64,000 bases of DNA from an uncultured Hormoscilla sp. (GCA_963921275.4 OZ001293.3:672001-736000); one strand, 5' to 3'; counted from the first letter of the stretch, positions 1 to 13,393 are shown. Program-made: numbers and translations. Notes: a model not told the origin generated them from the sequence alone.

Positions 1-357
1 ATCACTTATGGCTAGCCCAGGAGTTAAGAAACCTGGTTAAGAGCGCTCCGCGAGCACGCGCGTAGTCGTGTGCGACACTGCGTATAGGAAAAACCGGGTT
101 TCTGGGCTACGGGAAGTCTATTCATCAGCAACCCAGAAACCGGGTTTCTTAATTCGTTGCATTGATATGCTCACTCCCGATCGCCTCTTGACAGCTATTT
201 GCTAATGATTTCGCCAAGGGTCATCGTGAGTCAAGATGGTGACCGCAGTATCACTTGCCGATGTCTCCCGGGTTTTCGCCGTGCGTCCGGGAGACATCGG
301 AATGCGTGATAATATTTTAGATCACGCAATTGTCTTGTGATACTGGAGGTAGATTGC

Positions 358-645
358 TTATTCTGGTGGTAATATCTGACCTGTAACCCGTTCATATTCA
401 TCTTCAAGTAGCCACATTTGAGCTGATTCGTAGTCAGAACTGGAAAAGACAGTTTTATAGTTTTGCGCGGGATTATGGATGCAAAACTTACCTGTACTAG
501 ATTTGACTAACATCAGAATATAGGGCGGAGAGATGATCGGATCTGCCCAGATTTCCGCAAACTCCCATTCAGTTACTGGTTCGGGGTTTGGTGCGGGGAA
601 TGACGTGGTACTTATCTGTTCCTTTTCTAATTTTAATTTCACCAT
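358..645 (-). CDS. Small hypothetical protein, probable immunity/antitoxin partner of the upstream toxin-like gene (true start uncertain, probably near 575)
   Basis: ORF overlapping the stop of 569..928; acidic/aromatic C-terminus WLLEDEYERV. Confidence 0.5.
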   Translation of the reverse strand: MVKLKLEKEQISTTSFPAPNPEPVTEWEFAEIWADPIISPPYILMLVKSSTGKFCIHNPAQNYKTVFSSSDYESAQMWLLEDEYERVTGQILPPE

Positions 646-928
646 AGCTTAAGGGAATGCGACTACCATCATATTTTAGTATATAACCAATAGGTTCTGG
701 GAAGTATAGTCCATAGCGTTCATACTTATCCGATTCATCACTGATTCCCGTCCGTTCCCCCCTTAACTTAATCTCCTCTGCTACTCTCTCCATTGTTTCT
801 TGATCGTTGAATAGATACACTTTACCCTCTGCGTTCAGTTCTCTCTGCGCTTTTTCTGTTCCCGGCAGGTGTTTGTCAGTCAAGCTGATTCTAGGATCTA
901 CGGTTATTTGCCGTTTAATTCCTGTCAT
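569..928 (-). CDS. Putative nuclease toxin-like protein (DUF6972-like)
   Basis: ATG at 928 (MTGIKRQ); N-terminal DKHLPGT and C-terminal YHVIPR resemble small RNase toxin domains. Confidence 0.5.
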   Translation of the reverse strand: MTGIKRQITVDPRISLTDKHLPGTEKAQRELNAEGKVYLFNDQETMERVAEEIKLRGERTGISDESDKYERYGLYFPEPIGYILKYDGSRIPLSYGEIKIRKGTDKYHVIPRTKPRTSN

Positions 929-1095
929 ATTATTCAAAGGTAGATGAACAATTTTTATTAGACAACATAAATTAGCCAAGAGCAATTAAAAGCGATCGCC
1001 CCTTGACCCCCAGTCAGTTATTTGCTATATTGGGTTAAGCACCAAAGGAGACTGTGAACAACTGTAGAGGTCAAGTAAAATGAGGGCAGAAAAAA

Positions 1096-1401
1096 ATGAC
1101 AGTTTTGTCAGAGTTGGATATTTTAATAGAAGAAGGGCTGTACAAAGATAAAGAAGCTTTACCCCAAGATGCTATGGGAGCGCTGCTCAGGAGCAAACCA
1201 GAACTTCGCAGTAGGTTGGCACTTGCTCTGTACAAACGGGAAAAGGTTTTCCTGGCACGAGGGGCAGAAATCGCTGGGGTTGATGCCGAAAGTTTTAAGG
1301 AACTTTTACAGGAAGCAGGAATTGAACGTAGCATTGCCTCCGTAGGTGAGAATATTGAAAGCCAAGTTGAAAAACTTATCCGCATGAGGAACAGAAGTTG
1401 A
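1096..1401 (+). CDS. UPF0175 family antitoxin
   Basis: LALALYKREKVFLARGAEIAGV..FKELL motif; overlaps downstream PIN gene. Confidence 0.75.
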   Translation: MTVLSELDILIEEGLYKDKEALPQDAMGALLRSKPELRSRLALALYKREKVFLARGAEIAGVDAESFKELLQEAGIERSIASVGENIESQVEKLIRMRNRS

Positions 1402-1838
1402 TTATCCTGGACACAGATATCCTGAGTATGTTCGCTAAAACTGAAGCACTCAATGTGCTTGTAGAGTTTATGGGCAGGGAAAATATAAGGATGACGCCAG
1501 CTATTGCTGAGGAAATATCAGTTCCTTTGCAGTATGGGTATGACTTTTCCTTGCAAGTTTTGTCTCAGATTCCTATTGTGCCGATCGGCGTACAAGTCGT
1601 AGAGGAATTAGGGCGACTACAAACAATAGGAGCCACTATTGGGAAGCGTTTTTTGCTACTAACGACCTTTGGAATATTTGCCCAAAATCGAGGGGTGGAA
1701 GTGATTTATCTACAGGCTATCCTGCGAGTAATTTGGGTAAGTGGAATCAGAACTAAGGCGGGGGTAAGAGAATTGTTAGAACAGATCAAAAATGCAGATC
1801 GTCTGGTCCGCAGAGATGGAAATGAAAATTTTCGGTGA
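1398..1838 (+). pseudogene. PIN-domain toxin, apparently degraded
   Basis: MIILDTDILS PIN start; central acidic motif region appears deleted. Confidence 0.6.
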
Positions 1839-2074
1839 GAATAAAGGTGCATAGTACAGGGCTCCGGTCAGGGCTCCGGTGCGATAGCTTTTTTGGGGAA
1901 ATTTATTGTGCGATCGCTCATACATAATCAGTATAATACAAGGCATTTTGTTTGTGTAGCGGATCCTTACAATCGGCGAGGAGGCGATCGCCTAATTTTA
2001 TTAGATCTTAACTTAAGTTCATATCAGATTTAATGGTATGATAATTAAGTCAAACCTAATGCGCAAGATTATAA

Positions 2075-2416
2075 ATGCCTATTACTCCAGAAATACAAAC
2101 TCTCGTTAACAGACTGAACCAGGAACTAGACCGGACTGAGCAAACAGCGGGAGTGAATATAGTCAGAGAAATACTGTCACTTTTTCCAGATAATGCTATA
2201 ATGATTCAATACTTCGCCACTCTCAATAACTTCCTCTTCTTCGTAGAAGTTTCCAGAAGACGAATTCAGACTCTGGTTGAGACTATTTCACCAGTTTATG
2301 TGCCAGTTGATGTAATTCAGGAAGCTGGGGAAGATTTGGGAACGCAGCTGGGTCGGGTGCTAGAAGCTAAAATGGAAGTTGAACGGATGCTCAATCGCTT
2401 GGAGGAATTACGATGA
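2075..2416 (+). CDS. Conserved cyanobacterial hypothetical protein
   Basis: 113-aa ORF, translationally coupled (ATGA) to the next small gene. Confidence 0.6.
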   Translation: MPITPEIQTLVNRLNQELDRTEQTAGVNIVREILSLFPDNAIMIQYFATLNNFLFFVEVSRRRIQTLVETISPVYVPVDVIQEAGEDLGTQLGRVLEAKMEVERMLNRLEELR

Positions 2417-3623
2417 AAGAACTACCGTGCGATTCGTTCAGGCGTAAGCCGAAAATGGTGAAAGTCTGACTGGTTTCATTCGCCAGAAACTCTGGTCATC
2501 ATGAGGGTTAAATTCCCCCTCCCCAAGTACGGGGGTAACACCGGTCCTAAGTGCTACGGAGTCACATCGCCGTGGTGCGAAGCAAGGACTAAAATGTAGG
2601 ATAGCTGGCAGCCTAAGCCAGTGACGCAGCATGGCTGCGCCACGCTGCGCGATAGGAAAGATGCTCATGGTTAGAATAAGCGAACCTATGTAAACCTCGT
2701 CAATACCAACCAGCGGAATAAGGCTTATACGCTGGCCCAAAAGGGAAATGGTAGTTAGTGCTGGTTGTATTTACTGGCTAGCATCGTGCTCGAAGAACTC
2801 CCGGGGGATAGTAGGAACCTAAAAGCATCGTGAAATGATACCAGGGAACGAAGTAACCTCTTGTGAGCTGTCCTCATTTGGACAAGTCAGATGTAAAGCG
2901 CAAGCCACGAGGGGAGGGATGTCCTAAGAAAGCCAAAGCCTGGGGTAATGCCTAGGATATGCAGACGTAGAACGGATATGGTAAGAAGTTCTAAAAGAAA
3001 GTAGCCCTTAAATGTACTAAACCAGGAGCAATCCTAGGGAGTAATGGTGGATTAACGGTTCATCGACTGACCATAAAAGGCAAAATTTCATGGGACGAGG
3101 GACAAAGGGGGTAACCCAGAGTAATCCTACTGATGACAACAGCTTACCAACCAGTAGCCGGGTGCGGTTCCAGTCGCAAGCCCGGTTCCGAAAGGGAGGG
3201 TTGAAAAGTGATTTTCAGCTCGACCCCAGCCAAAGAGCGGTTTTGTGGTTTACTGGTTCACCCCCGCAAACCTTCCAGAGTTAGGTAGTTAACGGCTCCA
3301 CGACTGACCATAAGGGGCAAAATTTCATAGGACGAGGGACAAAGGGGGGTAACCCAGAGTAATCCTACTAATGACAACAGCTCACCAACCAGTAGCCGGG
3401 TGCGGTTCCAGTCGCAAGCCCGGTTCCGAAAGGGAGGGTTGGGGAGTGATTCCTAGCTCGACCCCGGCCAGATGAAAAGACACTACTTGAAATCCTGGAA
3501 ATGGCTCTGGCAGCTGAACAAAAAGCTAGAGAAATGAGTGAGTTTGCAACTGTGATCGCGTCAAAATATCAAAAACGGATGTCGGAAATCAGACAAGCAA
3601 GGAAACAAGGCGTAACTGAGTAG
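2413..3623 (+). CDS. Small hypothetical gene split by a group II intron (exons 2413-2426 and 3470-3623)
   Basis: Joining ATGAAAGAACTACC to AGATGAAAAG.. gives MKELPDEKTLLEILEMALAAEQKAREMSEFATVIASKYQKRMSEIRQARKQGVTE*. Confidence 0.7.
2427..3469 (+). mobile_element. ORF-less group II intron with two tandem DV/DVI 3' ends (3231 and 3469); collapsed twintron
   Basis: 5' GTGCGATTCG; two copies of AGCCGGGTGCGG..CGCAAGCCCGGTTCC DV, each followed by DVI ending CTCGACCCCRGCC. Confidence 0.85.
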
Positions 3624-3739
3624 ATAGGCCATAACAACAGATAACAGGCTGTACTACCTCCTGTCATCATCTTCTGCTTATTTACTCTTACCTAATGAAA
3701 CGATCTGCTAAAGGAACCATGTGAGGAGCAATAGCGTGA

Positions 3740-4108
3740 TTATACGTAAGAGCGAATATCTTCACCGCATTCATCGGCTAGAAAGCAGAGGGCGCGAAAC
3801 CGCAAACCGACCAATTGCTCGTAAAGAGGATTGAGCTTACACAGGGGTGGAATGTGGAATAAAGTACGTCCAAACAGTTTGATATCTCGTTCAAAGGGAC
3901 ATTGCGCTGGAATCAGTCTGGAGAGCAACCGCGCTGTGAAGACCTCATGAATTCGCCAACCATCCAGCCATGCCCGCGCAGGGCGAAGTAAATCGAAAGA
4001 GCGCGATCGCCCCTTAGCTGGGTTTATACATTCCCCAGGCTCATTTAGACTACTTTGATTGTCTTGTTCGATCCCAAACATAAGTTGAAAATTTGATGAG
4101 TTTGCCAT
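3740..4108 (-). CDS. Mo-dependent nitrogenase C-terminal-like domain protein
   Basis: IPAQCPFERDIKLFGRTLFHIPPLCKLNPLYEQLVGLRFRALCFLADECGED signature. Confidence 0.85.
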   Translation of the reverse strand: MANSSNFQLMFGIEQDNQSSLNEPGECINPAKGRSRSFDLLRPARAWLDGWRIHEVFTARLLSRLIPAQCPFERDIKLFGRTLFHIPPLCKLNPLYEQLVGLRFRALCFLADECGEDIRSYV

Positions 4109-4810
4109 CTCTTTATTGTTTTGATTTTGACTCTGTATCCTTCTCTATATCAAGATTCAGAATCAAACCCATTGTTCCGGACAAAGACAAATGGACGACT
4201 CCTGGTCAAGTTTCAGTAAATTTCCAGAAGCTATGACCAGACAAAGAGCAGTCGATCGCCATCTGTCCTAGAACTTTCGGTGTCTCCTGGGAGCTCGATG
4301 TCCCCCCAGAGGGGGACGCTTGATGTCTCCCGAGAGCGCTGCACAAAAGGGGAGACATCATAACCGCACTACCCCCGAGACATCGTAGTCGCACAACGGG
4401 GACCAGACACCGAGTCGTACTTGTTCGAGTCACCAGGCATTAATTGCTTGAGGCTCTTTCCCTAGCTTCAAACTCTCAGGGGGTTATGAACCAGAAACTT
4501 TACACTTATTTATTAATTGCAACGGTTCATAACAGTTTGTAAAGATTTGGTAAATTAAATTAAATGTAACGTAGATCACAAGTTGACCCTGGGGCCGCTC
4601 CCAAGGCTCAAGGAGCGCCACATCCCGAAGAGAAAAATATGAGAACAAGATTAAATCTAGTAAAGCTGGAGAGAACCGGTGAATCAGAATTGGTCAGAGT
4701 TTCACCAGTCTTATCAGAGTTGCCTCTGTTAAACCGGTGTGCCGTAGCCTCTGCTACGCTTTAGGGATAATGCCATCAGAGGTCCAATCAACTGCCAGAG
4801 AGATATAGCC

Positions 4811-5431
4811 ATGAGCATCGTTACCCTGCGATCGGTCAAAAAGGACTTTGGGATTAAGGAAATTCTCAAAGATGCCAGCTTCAGTCTGGATGCTACGGAT
4901 AAGGTGGGTTTAATTGGCACCAACGGTTCGGGTAAGTCAACGCTGTTAAAGATGATTGCCGGTATAGAGCCCATAGATGGGGGCCAACTGTCGGTTAACT
5001 CGGGGGTGCGGATGGTCTATTTGCCCCAGCAACCGGACTTGGACGAGCAGCGGACAGTGCTGGAGCAAGTTTTTGCTGACAGTGGCGAACAGATGACTCT
5101 GGTGCGGGAGTATGAGGAACTTTCTCACAAACTCGCCCGCAGTGCGGAGAAAAAGACTGCCAAAGAGAGAAAGCCTGCAAATAATAGCAAACCCCGCCGA
5201 CTTTCTAACTGGGAAAGGCAGGAGTTCGAGCAACTTGAAGAAAAAATTGCTAAGCTGGAAGCGGAGAAAGCCGAGGTGGAAAAAATACTGTATAAGGCTC
5301 CTGCTGGCAAGGTTACCCAGGTGCAAGAACTCTACCAACAGTTGTCCCAGTTGACTGGGGCGATCGATACTGCAACTGAGCGCTGGATGGAACTAGCAGA
5401 AAGAGACGCAGCACCCTCACCCACACCCTAA
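4811..5431 (+). pseudogene. ABC-F (Uup-like) ATPase with a large in-frame internal deletion
   Basis: Walker A GTNGSGKST and Q-loop joined directly to the C-terminal coiled-coil domain (ERWMELAE); no signature or Walker B motif, no second ABC domain. Confidence 0.8.
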
Positions 5432-5734
5432 CACCCACAGCCTAACACCCACCCTAACACCCACACCCTTTAGGATTCTGTTGGCGAATTACCATTCTGG
5501 AGCGATCTGCGAGAGCACCCGAGCAGGGAGCACCCGAGCAGGGAGAGGCGAGAAAATCATTGATTTCTAATGGTTGGGGGTCGCTGGGGGCGAGGCCCCC
5601 CAGTTGATTCGCCAACAGCAACCTTTAGGGTGTGGCTACAAGAACGAAGCCCGCCTGGGCGGGGAGGGCGGGCGCTCGGCCTTGAATTAAGAAACCAGGT
5701 TTTTCCAAAAAACCTGGTTTCTGGGCTACTGGCA

Positions 5735-6318
5735 CTAATTTGTCCCAGGAGCTAAATTGTTTTCATTCGCATTGCTCAAGAGAAACAAAATATATTGGTT
5801 AAGATTAACTCCTTCCCTAGAGGATGTTTCTGCCAAACGACGATGTAGATATTTAGGCATCCGCAATAGCAACTTACCGCTATAATCAGTCTCTGTGGTA
5901 GGTATAGGAATATATCTACCACTATCATAAACAGTCTCAACGCACAGTTGGCGAGCTCCAGCAATCTTATTCATTGTCTCTTCTAAAGTATCGCCTTTCC
6001 TCAGACATCCAGGCGGTGTCTCCTCTTTTGTGCTCCTACGATGTCTCCGCCGTGTCTCCCCTTTTGTGCTCCTACGATGTCCCCGCTTTTGTGCGGCTAG
6101 TGCTCCCCGAGGACATCGATCTCCCAGGAGACACGGCCCGGATAGTGCGGTTAGCGCTCCCGGGGGACATCGAGCGACCAGGAGACACCGCACAAGTCTT
6201 TAATCTCAGCAACATCCCCACCCTCTTCCCGATCGGGATAAACAGTAATCGGATAGTTTAACTTAAGGTAATAATCCAATGGTTTACCTTCAAGGTTAAC
6301 TTTATTGTTCATCATCAT
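5735..6318 (-). pseudogene. hicB: HicB family antitoxin frameshifted by a 179-bp palindromic insertion (6014-6192)
   Basis: YYLKLNYPITVYPD..AEIKDL|PGCL..GDTLEE; C-terminal YSGKLLLRMPKYLHRRLAE..EGVNLNQY RHH. Confidence 0.8.
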
Positions 6319-6469
6319 TTTCTATCTCCTTGCCATGACTCTAAATTTAACAACTCAACCACTCTCTTGATGCCAACTCTCTTGGTAAAAAGTCAGAGGA
6401 TATTGACAATGGGGGCGGGTGTGGTCTTGCACCAGTTGGTAACAGATCCCTCCAGCCCCCCTTAAAAAG

Positions 6470-8434
6470 CTATGTCTTACTCACATATTTCTTAACATTT
6501 GTCGGGGAGTGGGGGAGTGGGAGAGCGCATGCTGTGACAAACATATTTCTTAACAATTGTAGAAGCACTCAATCGGTGTTCCACTTCTGGTGAGCGCTAA
6601 ACCCTGGAAACAGCCATTATATTAGTTCCGCTAAGCCTGCGGCTTAATTTCATATCTATTTTATGGGAGCAAAACGATAAAATATGCGAGGGAATATCTG
6701 GGAATTTCAGCTATGCTAAATAATCCCAACGATGTCCGGAATGCTTGAGACTTGAAATCGAGAATGACACCGAGAGCCAACCATTGGCTATGTCATGCAA
6801 CCTTCGTAACCCTTGCCAAATAGTTTTCACTCCTGGTTCACCATCCCGTTTCCGTCCCAAAAAACCACCCAACTTAGCAATCAAACTCATACAAGTATTT
6901 ATTGTTGGTGGAGTTGATGGCGTATCGAAGTTTTATTTATTGTGCAGTAAAGAGCTTGCCACTCATGGGTTTCTAAAATCGGATCTGCTGAGGCCTCTGG
7001 GTTGTAACGAGCTTCATAGGTAAGCCACAATAATCGCCATGCCACGATCGTATAAGTGGCTAAAGCTCTTTCAATACGAGCGGCTGTTTCTAGTTGTAGT
7101 TGTTCTTTTCGACAACCACTTTTTAGTACATAATGGTAACGCTTAATTAACCAACGATAGCTATACCAACGCCGGCATGGCACCACCTCGTCAAAACCAG
7201 TAATTGTCAGGGTCGTTAACAACAACCAGCTAACTGGTTCAACTCCAACTGGTGGATCTTTTTCGGATGCTAGAATTACTTGTATTTTAATTAGCTTTAA
7301 TGATTTATAGTTAATATGTCCTTTTGGTGGTTGAATCTCTACATAAGTAGTGCGCAGAGTCAGGGTTGCTGTGTTCGGGAGTTTTTTGTAGTTCTATTAC
7401 TGCTTCTCCAATGGGAGCCACTTTGCCAATAGCTGATTGCAATTTCTCTACTGAGTCAACTGATTTAAAAGAACGGTTCTGATAAGCGCGAATTAAAAGC
7501 ATAGCTGACCCCACGCTGCGCGATCGGAATTAGCTCGCCTCGGCTGGGCTAAAAACTCATAAATATCTGCCTCGCGGTCCGCTACTGTAACTACAGTAAC
7601 ATCTGATGGAATAACTCTTTCCGTTGCCGATAGCGAGTCCAGCCACCGCGCCGTGTCTCCTGGGTAGTGCGACTAGCGCTCCCAGGAGACACGGCTGGCT
7701 TTCTTTATCTTTGGTTTCCCTTTTATGTCGAGAATGCTTTTTACCAATATTATAAATATCCCGTGCCCACACCTGCTGATTTAAAACTCCCAACAGTACC
7801 TGTCGCGCTAGTACAAAAAACAGAGTGAACTTTTAGTCCTCCGCTGGTTCTACTATCCAAATACCCCATTCCTTTTTTACTGGCATGATGGGTAAAATTT
7901 AGTTCAGTGGTGTCCTGAATTGCTAAAATCGTTTCATGTTGTTTTACTCGTTCAATCGTGCTTTGTTGGTGGCAATCGCGAATGGCTTCGGCTTGAATCT
8001 GTGGATTTGCTCAAAAGTCATAAGCTGCTTGGGTCCCTGCCCAATCTCCACAAGCTTGTGGTACCGTAGCATTGGGTTGTTCTGCTAAATATGATACAAT
8101 TTTCACCAGTATGAATGTTACGACGGAGATCGCCCAAATCAGCATATTTTAGTTCTTCTGCGGCCCAAGATTTCATGGTTTTCTGTCAATGGATAATTTT
8201 TGCTCTTCGTGTTCTATACAATATTAGCAACGCCAGAAGCTTGACTTGTTTTATTTAATCATTATTTTACTTTTTGGCACTGGCGAACGTCCCGACGCCG
8301 CAGCGCATAGCACATTTCGTATCGGACTATATATATTAATTTTTTTGAAGGATATTGTTAACTTTTTTGAATGTACTCAAATCAAGACGGTGTAAGGATT
8401 TCAGATTGTTAAGAAATATGTGAGTAAAGCATAG
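6470..8434 (-). mobile_element. IS4 family (IS50/Tn5-like) element with fragmented transposase
   Basis: TIRs CTATG(TC/CT)TTACTCACATATTTCTTAACA; 10-bp TSD CCTTAAAAAG (6460-6469, 8435-8444); fragments MKSWAAEEL.., QDTTEL, YSYRWLIKRYHYVLKSGC. Confidence 0.9.
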
Positions 8435-8581
8435 CCTTAAAAAGGGGGCTGGGGGGGATCTCCCGAGTGTGTGCAACTACTTTTGACCGCACCCAATAGG
8501 GGCGATGGTGATTACAATAGAGGATAAGAGTAAAACGGGCGATGGCCCGAAGGTTGGTAGTATAGATGCAAAAGAAAAGAG

Positions 8582-8821
8582 ATGAAACAGACCATTAACG
8601 CGATCTATGAAAAGGGTGTTTTCCTGGAAAATTTGGCAATATCGGAGGGAAAGCAAGTGCGACTGACAATGGAAACAAGCTCAGATACAACAGATTTGCT
8701 AGAATTAGCCGCTCAGGTTTATCAAGGTCTATCTGAAGAAGAAATAGATGAGATTGAACAAATAGCTCTCAATCGCAGTGATGGGGAGAAAAAACTGAGT
8801 AATTATTGTACTACATATTGA
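8582..8821 (+). CDS. AF2212/DUF104-like antitoxin (orphan)
   Basis: MKQTINAIYEKGVF...ISEGKQVRL motif. Confidence 0.7.
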   Translation: MKQTINAIYEKGVFLENLAISEGKQVRLTMETSSDTTDLLELAAQVYQGLSEEEIDEIEQIALNRSDGEKKLSNYCTTY

Positions 8822-9118
8822 ATTATATGCAGAGATAAGAGCGGCGATCAAAGGGGTATTCCAGAAATTATGTCATAATAAAATTATGGCGTTGAGCGGC
8901 TATTGAGTCGATTACTGTAGAGATGCAAGCGTTCAGCACCCCTACATTTCTGGTGGGGATTGTTATGGCTACTGGCGGTGTGGTTGGGTTTTGAGGCCTC
9001 AAACTAACCTACAGTTGCTGACACTTCGCCCCTACAGATTACAAGAGGCGATCGCATTCACCTGTGCCCGTGCTATGATACAATAGATGAGTGATAAGAG
9101 ATTCAAAAGTGGTAGGTT

Positions 9119-9415
9119 ATGCAGCAACTATCTGAAGCCAAGCAGGAAATTATCACCCGCATATCCCCGATTGTCGCCAAACTGATTCAAAGTAATAGTC
9201 TATTTGAAGAACTAGAGCAAGATAAAATGATCGAAATCATCTCCGAGGCGTTAGAGAAGCATTTTTCACTAGCATAAATCAGAGCCATGCCTGATGACGA
9301 CCTGACAGATAGAATTGATGGTGTGCTGGGGATACAAGTGTTGTATTATCTGTTAAGTGATTTCACCCCAGAGCAAATGGCAGAGTTCGAAGCCGCAATA
9401 CCGAAGCGGAAGTAG
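9119..9415 (+). pseudogene. Probable antitoxin of the downstream VapC, with internal TAA at 9275-9277
   Basis: Frame open on both sides of the stop, ending LSDFTPEQMAEFEAAIPKRK immediately upstream of the PIN gene. Confidence 0.6.
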
Positions 9416-9419
9416 TCAA

Positions 9420-9836
9420 ATGAGTTATCTTCTCGATACTAATATAGCCACCGCGATGTTAAAACAAGATGAAAGGTTAAACAGCAAATTAATACAGGTG
9501 CGGATTCGGAAACAACAACTGTATATTAGCTGTATGACATACTATGAGGTAAAAGGAGAACTGTTGGCTGTAAATGCGACAAGGAAGCTGTCTATATTTG
9601 AGCAGTTGTGTATTGACATATTTCAAATTTTGTTTTTGTCAAATCTAGAAATCATCAATAGAGCATCAGAGATATATGCCGAGTTAAGGCGCAGGGGGAC
9701 GCCTATCCAAACTGCTGATATATTGATAGCGGCTACCGCAGCAGCAGCAGGATTAATTCTGGTATCTCATGATTCTGATATGCTAAGGGTTTCAGCCGCG
9801 ACAGTAGAGGACTGGCTACAAATAGAAGGAAGATGA
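9420..9836 (+). CDS. vapC: VapC/PIN toxin
   Basis: MSYLLDTN, YYEV, ADILIAATA, LVSHDSD acidic residues retained. Confidence 0.88.
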   Translation: MSYLLDTNIATAMLKQDERLNSKLIQVRIRKQQLYISCMTYYEVKGELLAVNATRKLSIFEQLCIDIFQILFLSNLEIINRASEIYAELRRRGTPIQTADILIAATAAAAGLILVSHDSDMLRVSAATVEDWLQIEGR

Positions 9837-10279
9837 AAGAAGCATCAATGGTAGAAATGCAGGCAGTTGCTTCAGAAATTACCACTCAGCTTCCCGATAT
9901 CAAACTGTTGGTTTTGTTTGGTTCGAGAGCTACAGGTAAAGTCCATCCAGGAAGTGACTGGGATTTTGCGGTTCTCTACGACCAAGAATTGCTTCGTGCT
10001 AGAATGAAAAATTATTGGTATTGGTTGGAGATCGATCGCCTCCTGACTCAGATGTTACCATCAATTCCCATGGCAAAGATTGATGTAGCTGAACTGAATC
10101 ACTGTTCTCCGCTACTTGGCTATCAAGTGGCGCGTAATGGTAAGCTGCTGTACGAAAAGCATCCAGGAGAGTTTATTAAGTTTCAATGCTTGGCTGCGAA
10201 AATTTATGCAGATACAGCTAAATTCCGCCAAGCTCAATGGGAAGCTCTTAAATTAGCTTTGCGGAGGTGGGGAGTATGA
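9833..10279 (+). CDS. mntA: Minimal nucleotidyltransferase antitoxin (MNT, type VII TA)
   Basis: LFGSRATG..SDWDFAV motif; precedes HEPN gene. Confidence 0.85.
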   Translation: MKEASMVEMQAVASEITTQLPDIKLLVLFGSRATGKVHPGSDWDFAVLYDQELLRARMKNYWYWLEIDRLLTQMLPSIPMAKIDVAELNHCSPLLGYQVARNGKLLYEKHPGEFIKFQCLAAKIYADTAKFRQAQWEALKLALRRWGV

Positions 10280-10601
10280 GTCCTATTGAACGACATACGA
10301 TCGCGACTAGACTGGAGTTGATTCGGAAATATCTTAACGGTCTCCAGCAGTTTGAATCAGTTAGTCTGGATGAATATAGGCAGTATTTTGACAAGCAACT
10401 GATTGCCGAGCGACTATTACAGTTAATCCTTGAAGCAGCAACAGATATTAATAATTATTTGTTGGTGCGATCGCAGCAAGGGACTTCGGAAAATTACTTT
10501 GATTCTTTTATCGCAGCGGGAAGACAGGGCATAATCACCCCATAGTTGGCAGCACAGATCGCCCCATCAGCAGGACTCCGCAACAGATTAGTACATCAAT
10601 A

Positions 10602-12596
<1,995 letters not shown>

Positions 12597-12758
12597 TACG
12601 AGGATATTGATTCTTGACAAGTTTTTGTGGCGATCGAGTTAGCTTTGCAGCAATATTCCCTCTATGTCAGGCAAATTACTATTTATCTATAATCATTAGA
12701 ATCAGGTGCAGGTGAGGATCTGTAACTAGGCGGCGAACGGGCGATCGCCTCTGCAACC

Positions 12759-13085
12759 TTAAACACCAACCTCAACAGTTGGCAGACATAAATTCACCTG
12801 AGATTTCCAATCGGCAATCCACTCCTGGGGAAACTCTGCTGTAGCTGTTTTATCCTTTTGGTAGTAAACATCAGCAAGCAGACACTCCCACTGTGCCATC
12901 ACATCAGCAAGAATATCCCTGAGAAACTCCGCTTCAAGTGTATCATCATCTTTCCTTTCTCCTTCCATCAGTAACCAGTATTGTTCTTCAGCCCAGGTTG
13001 CCAAAGATTCACTCCCTAGGCTGTGGCTTTTGACTCGATCTAACATTGTCTGCAAATTTTTAACGATGCTTAGAGACTCTACCAT
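12759..13085 (-). CDS. Hypothetical acidic protein, putative immunity protein
   Basis: Overlaps the stop of the basic toxin-like ORF; acidic composition. Confidence 0.5.
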   Translation of the reverse strand: MVESLSIVKNLQTMLDRVKSHSLGSESLATWAEEQYWLLMEGERKDDDTLEAEFLRDILADVMAQWECLLADVYYQKDKTATAEFPQEWIADWKSQVNLCLPTVEVGV

Positions 13086-13393
13086 CTTTTAATTTCCTTA
13101 CCAGTCATGGGGTCAATTTCAATATGTCCGAGGTCTTGAGGTCTTTTGGGATGTACTCGAATCACTCTACCTTGACTATCATAGCTTTCATGCCAAGTGC
13201 GAATGAGTTTACCATCGGCAGCCTCTACTTCAACAACTGGTCCCGCTCCCGCTGTTCTTCCAGGCTTTTTCGCGGGTCGATAGCTGTCATAGTAACGGAT
13301 GCGACCGTTTTGCAGGACTTTGAAGAAGTCATATTTTGCAGCTCTCCGGGCATGGCCGGGGACTGATGATAAATCTATGTTACTTTGACTCAC
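13079..13393 (-). CDS. Putative polymorphic-toxin-type RNase domain protein
   Basis: Basic 104 aa; GRIRYY..KPG..RTWHESYD..VIRVHPK resembles CdiA/Rhs C-terminal toxin tips. Confidence 0.5.
   Translation of the reverse strand: MSQSNIDLSSVPGHARRAAKYDFFKVLQNGRIRYYDSYRPAKKPGRTAGAGPVVEVEAADGKLIRTWHESYDSQGRVIRVHPKRPQDLGHIEIDPMTGKEIKRW

Noticed and set aside
2438..3284. ORFs inside ORF-less introns (also 52011-52262)
   Set aside because: They overlap ribozyme domains and have no protein motifs.
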